From Geosiphon pyriformis uo1 (Eukaryota > Fungi > Glomeromycota), in the NCBI GenBank assembly GCA_016748015.1, contig JAAOMT010000076.1:62001-126000 (forward strand): DNA of 64,000 nucleotides, written 5' to 3'. The translations under genes and the position numbers were made by a program. Below, in pieces: positions 63,141-64,000 of the stretch. The notes below the pieces were generated by a model that worked only from the letters and a program-made list of their open reading frames with translations, was not told the origin of the DNA and did no database searches. Within the stretch, counting starts at the first letter, position 1. Each line of letters opens with the position of its first letter.

Positions 63141-64000
63141 TGTTTATTTTGAAATAATTTCTTCTTAAATTGTTTAATAGTAATATAATGGACTAATTTT
63201 TGATAGTTTTTATTGTTTATTTGTTGTTTTGTTATTGTTTTATTTTTTTAGTTGTTTTATTTATAATAAGCTATTAATATTTATATATATATTTTTCTTT
63301 TTATAGTGTATTTTATATTTAAAGAGTAAAAAAGTGGTCTTCTATTTGGCAGTTTTATCATTAATTAATTCTTTCTTGATTAGCAATATTAGACTATTTA
63401 ACTGAATTTTTTAAAATAAAAAATTTAGTATATGTGTCTTTTAAAGCTATTTTATTTATTGTATTTAAAATTTTTTTATTGTTATTTAAAACTCTGCTAA
63501 TATATATATATATATTAAAATTATACATATATAATAATAAAATAAAATTATTTAATTATATATTTGTTTATAATATTAAAAATTAATATTAAAAAACCAA
63601 TAATTTGTATTTATAATTTTAAAAACTTGAAAAAATTAATTTTTTTAAATATAAATTCAAATATACAAGTTAACAAAAATATTTATTCAGCTTTGATTAA
63701 AGAATTTGTTTCAAAAATATATAACAAATTACTAAAAAATTTTAAAAATGCTAAGATTGTGAAAATTAAGATAATAGAATTGATTTGGAATTTTTTAATA
63801 AAATATTGTAAACAAGTTTGGCTTTTTATGATAAAACAAAAATAAAACGTAAAAAAAAATGAATTGATTAATAATAATAATTCTGTGTTTAATAATATGG
63901 TAAAAAATTTTAATAAGTCAAATAAATAAATGTTGGTATTTGGGTTTTATGAAATAAATGAAGCACACATATGATGTTACATGGCTTGAAATTAATCATT
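63141..64000 (-). mobile_element. Probable continuation of decayed copy F (integrase start, RNaseH remnants)
   Basis: 63141-63215 parallels 12220-12300; the remainder is extremely AT-rich with only weak similarity. Confidence 0.5.

Noticed and set aside
62621-63157. 178-aa plus-strand ORF and other antisense ORFs (61735-62289, 60938-61204)
   Set aside because: Shadows of the GC-richer minus-strand ORF1; no recognisable motifs.
63564-63845. 93-aa K/I/N-rich ORF and similar short ORFs as host genes
   Set aside because: Compositional artefacts of AT-rich decayed repeats.

Overview
This is an AT-rich, CpG-depleted eukaryotic nest of retrotransposons with no host gene or RNA gene that I can support. 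It is probably fungal; the proteins resemble repeats I recall from Glomeromycota such as Geosiphon, which is unverified. Termini and target-site duplications (TSDs) resolve most of the nesting. (1) Six copies of two related Ty3/Gypsy-type families: A 1-6542 (+, truncated), B 9340-22173 (-), C 24397-34293 (+), D 34308-44283 (-), and older decayed copies E and F (-). There is also a 2.9-kb non-autonomous LTR element (13475-16378) and three solo LTRs. Every TSD-resolved LTR insertion has TG...CA-type ends and a 4-bp TSD. (2) An APE-RT-RNaseH LINE family: full-length G 53031-60813, partial H and partial I. (3) A complete ORF1-only retroposon (60853-63140, -) with a poly(A) tail, a 10-bp TSD and the LINE's 3' tail, i.e. 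HAL1-like. The LTR elements have an unusual layout: a reading frame that begins inside U5 and crosses the PBS into gag, then PR, a Cys-rich domain, dUTPase, RT and RNaseH, a stop, a separately initiated integrase ORF, and a third non-env ORF running into the 3' LTR. All long retroelement reading frames are disrupted, mostly by C>T/G>A changes. The junction at 6543-6561 is an exact Tn5/Nextera mosaic end, so it is probably an assembly chimera.
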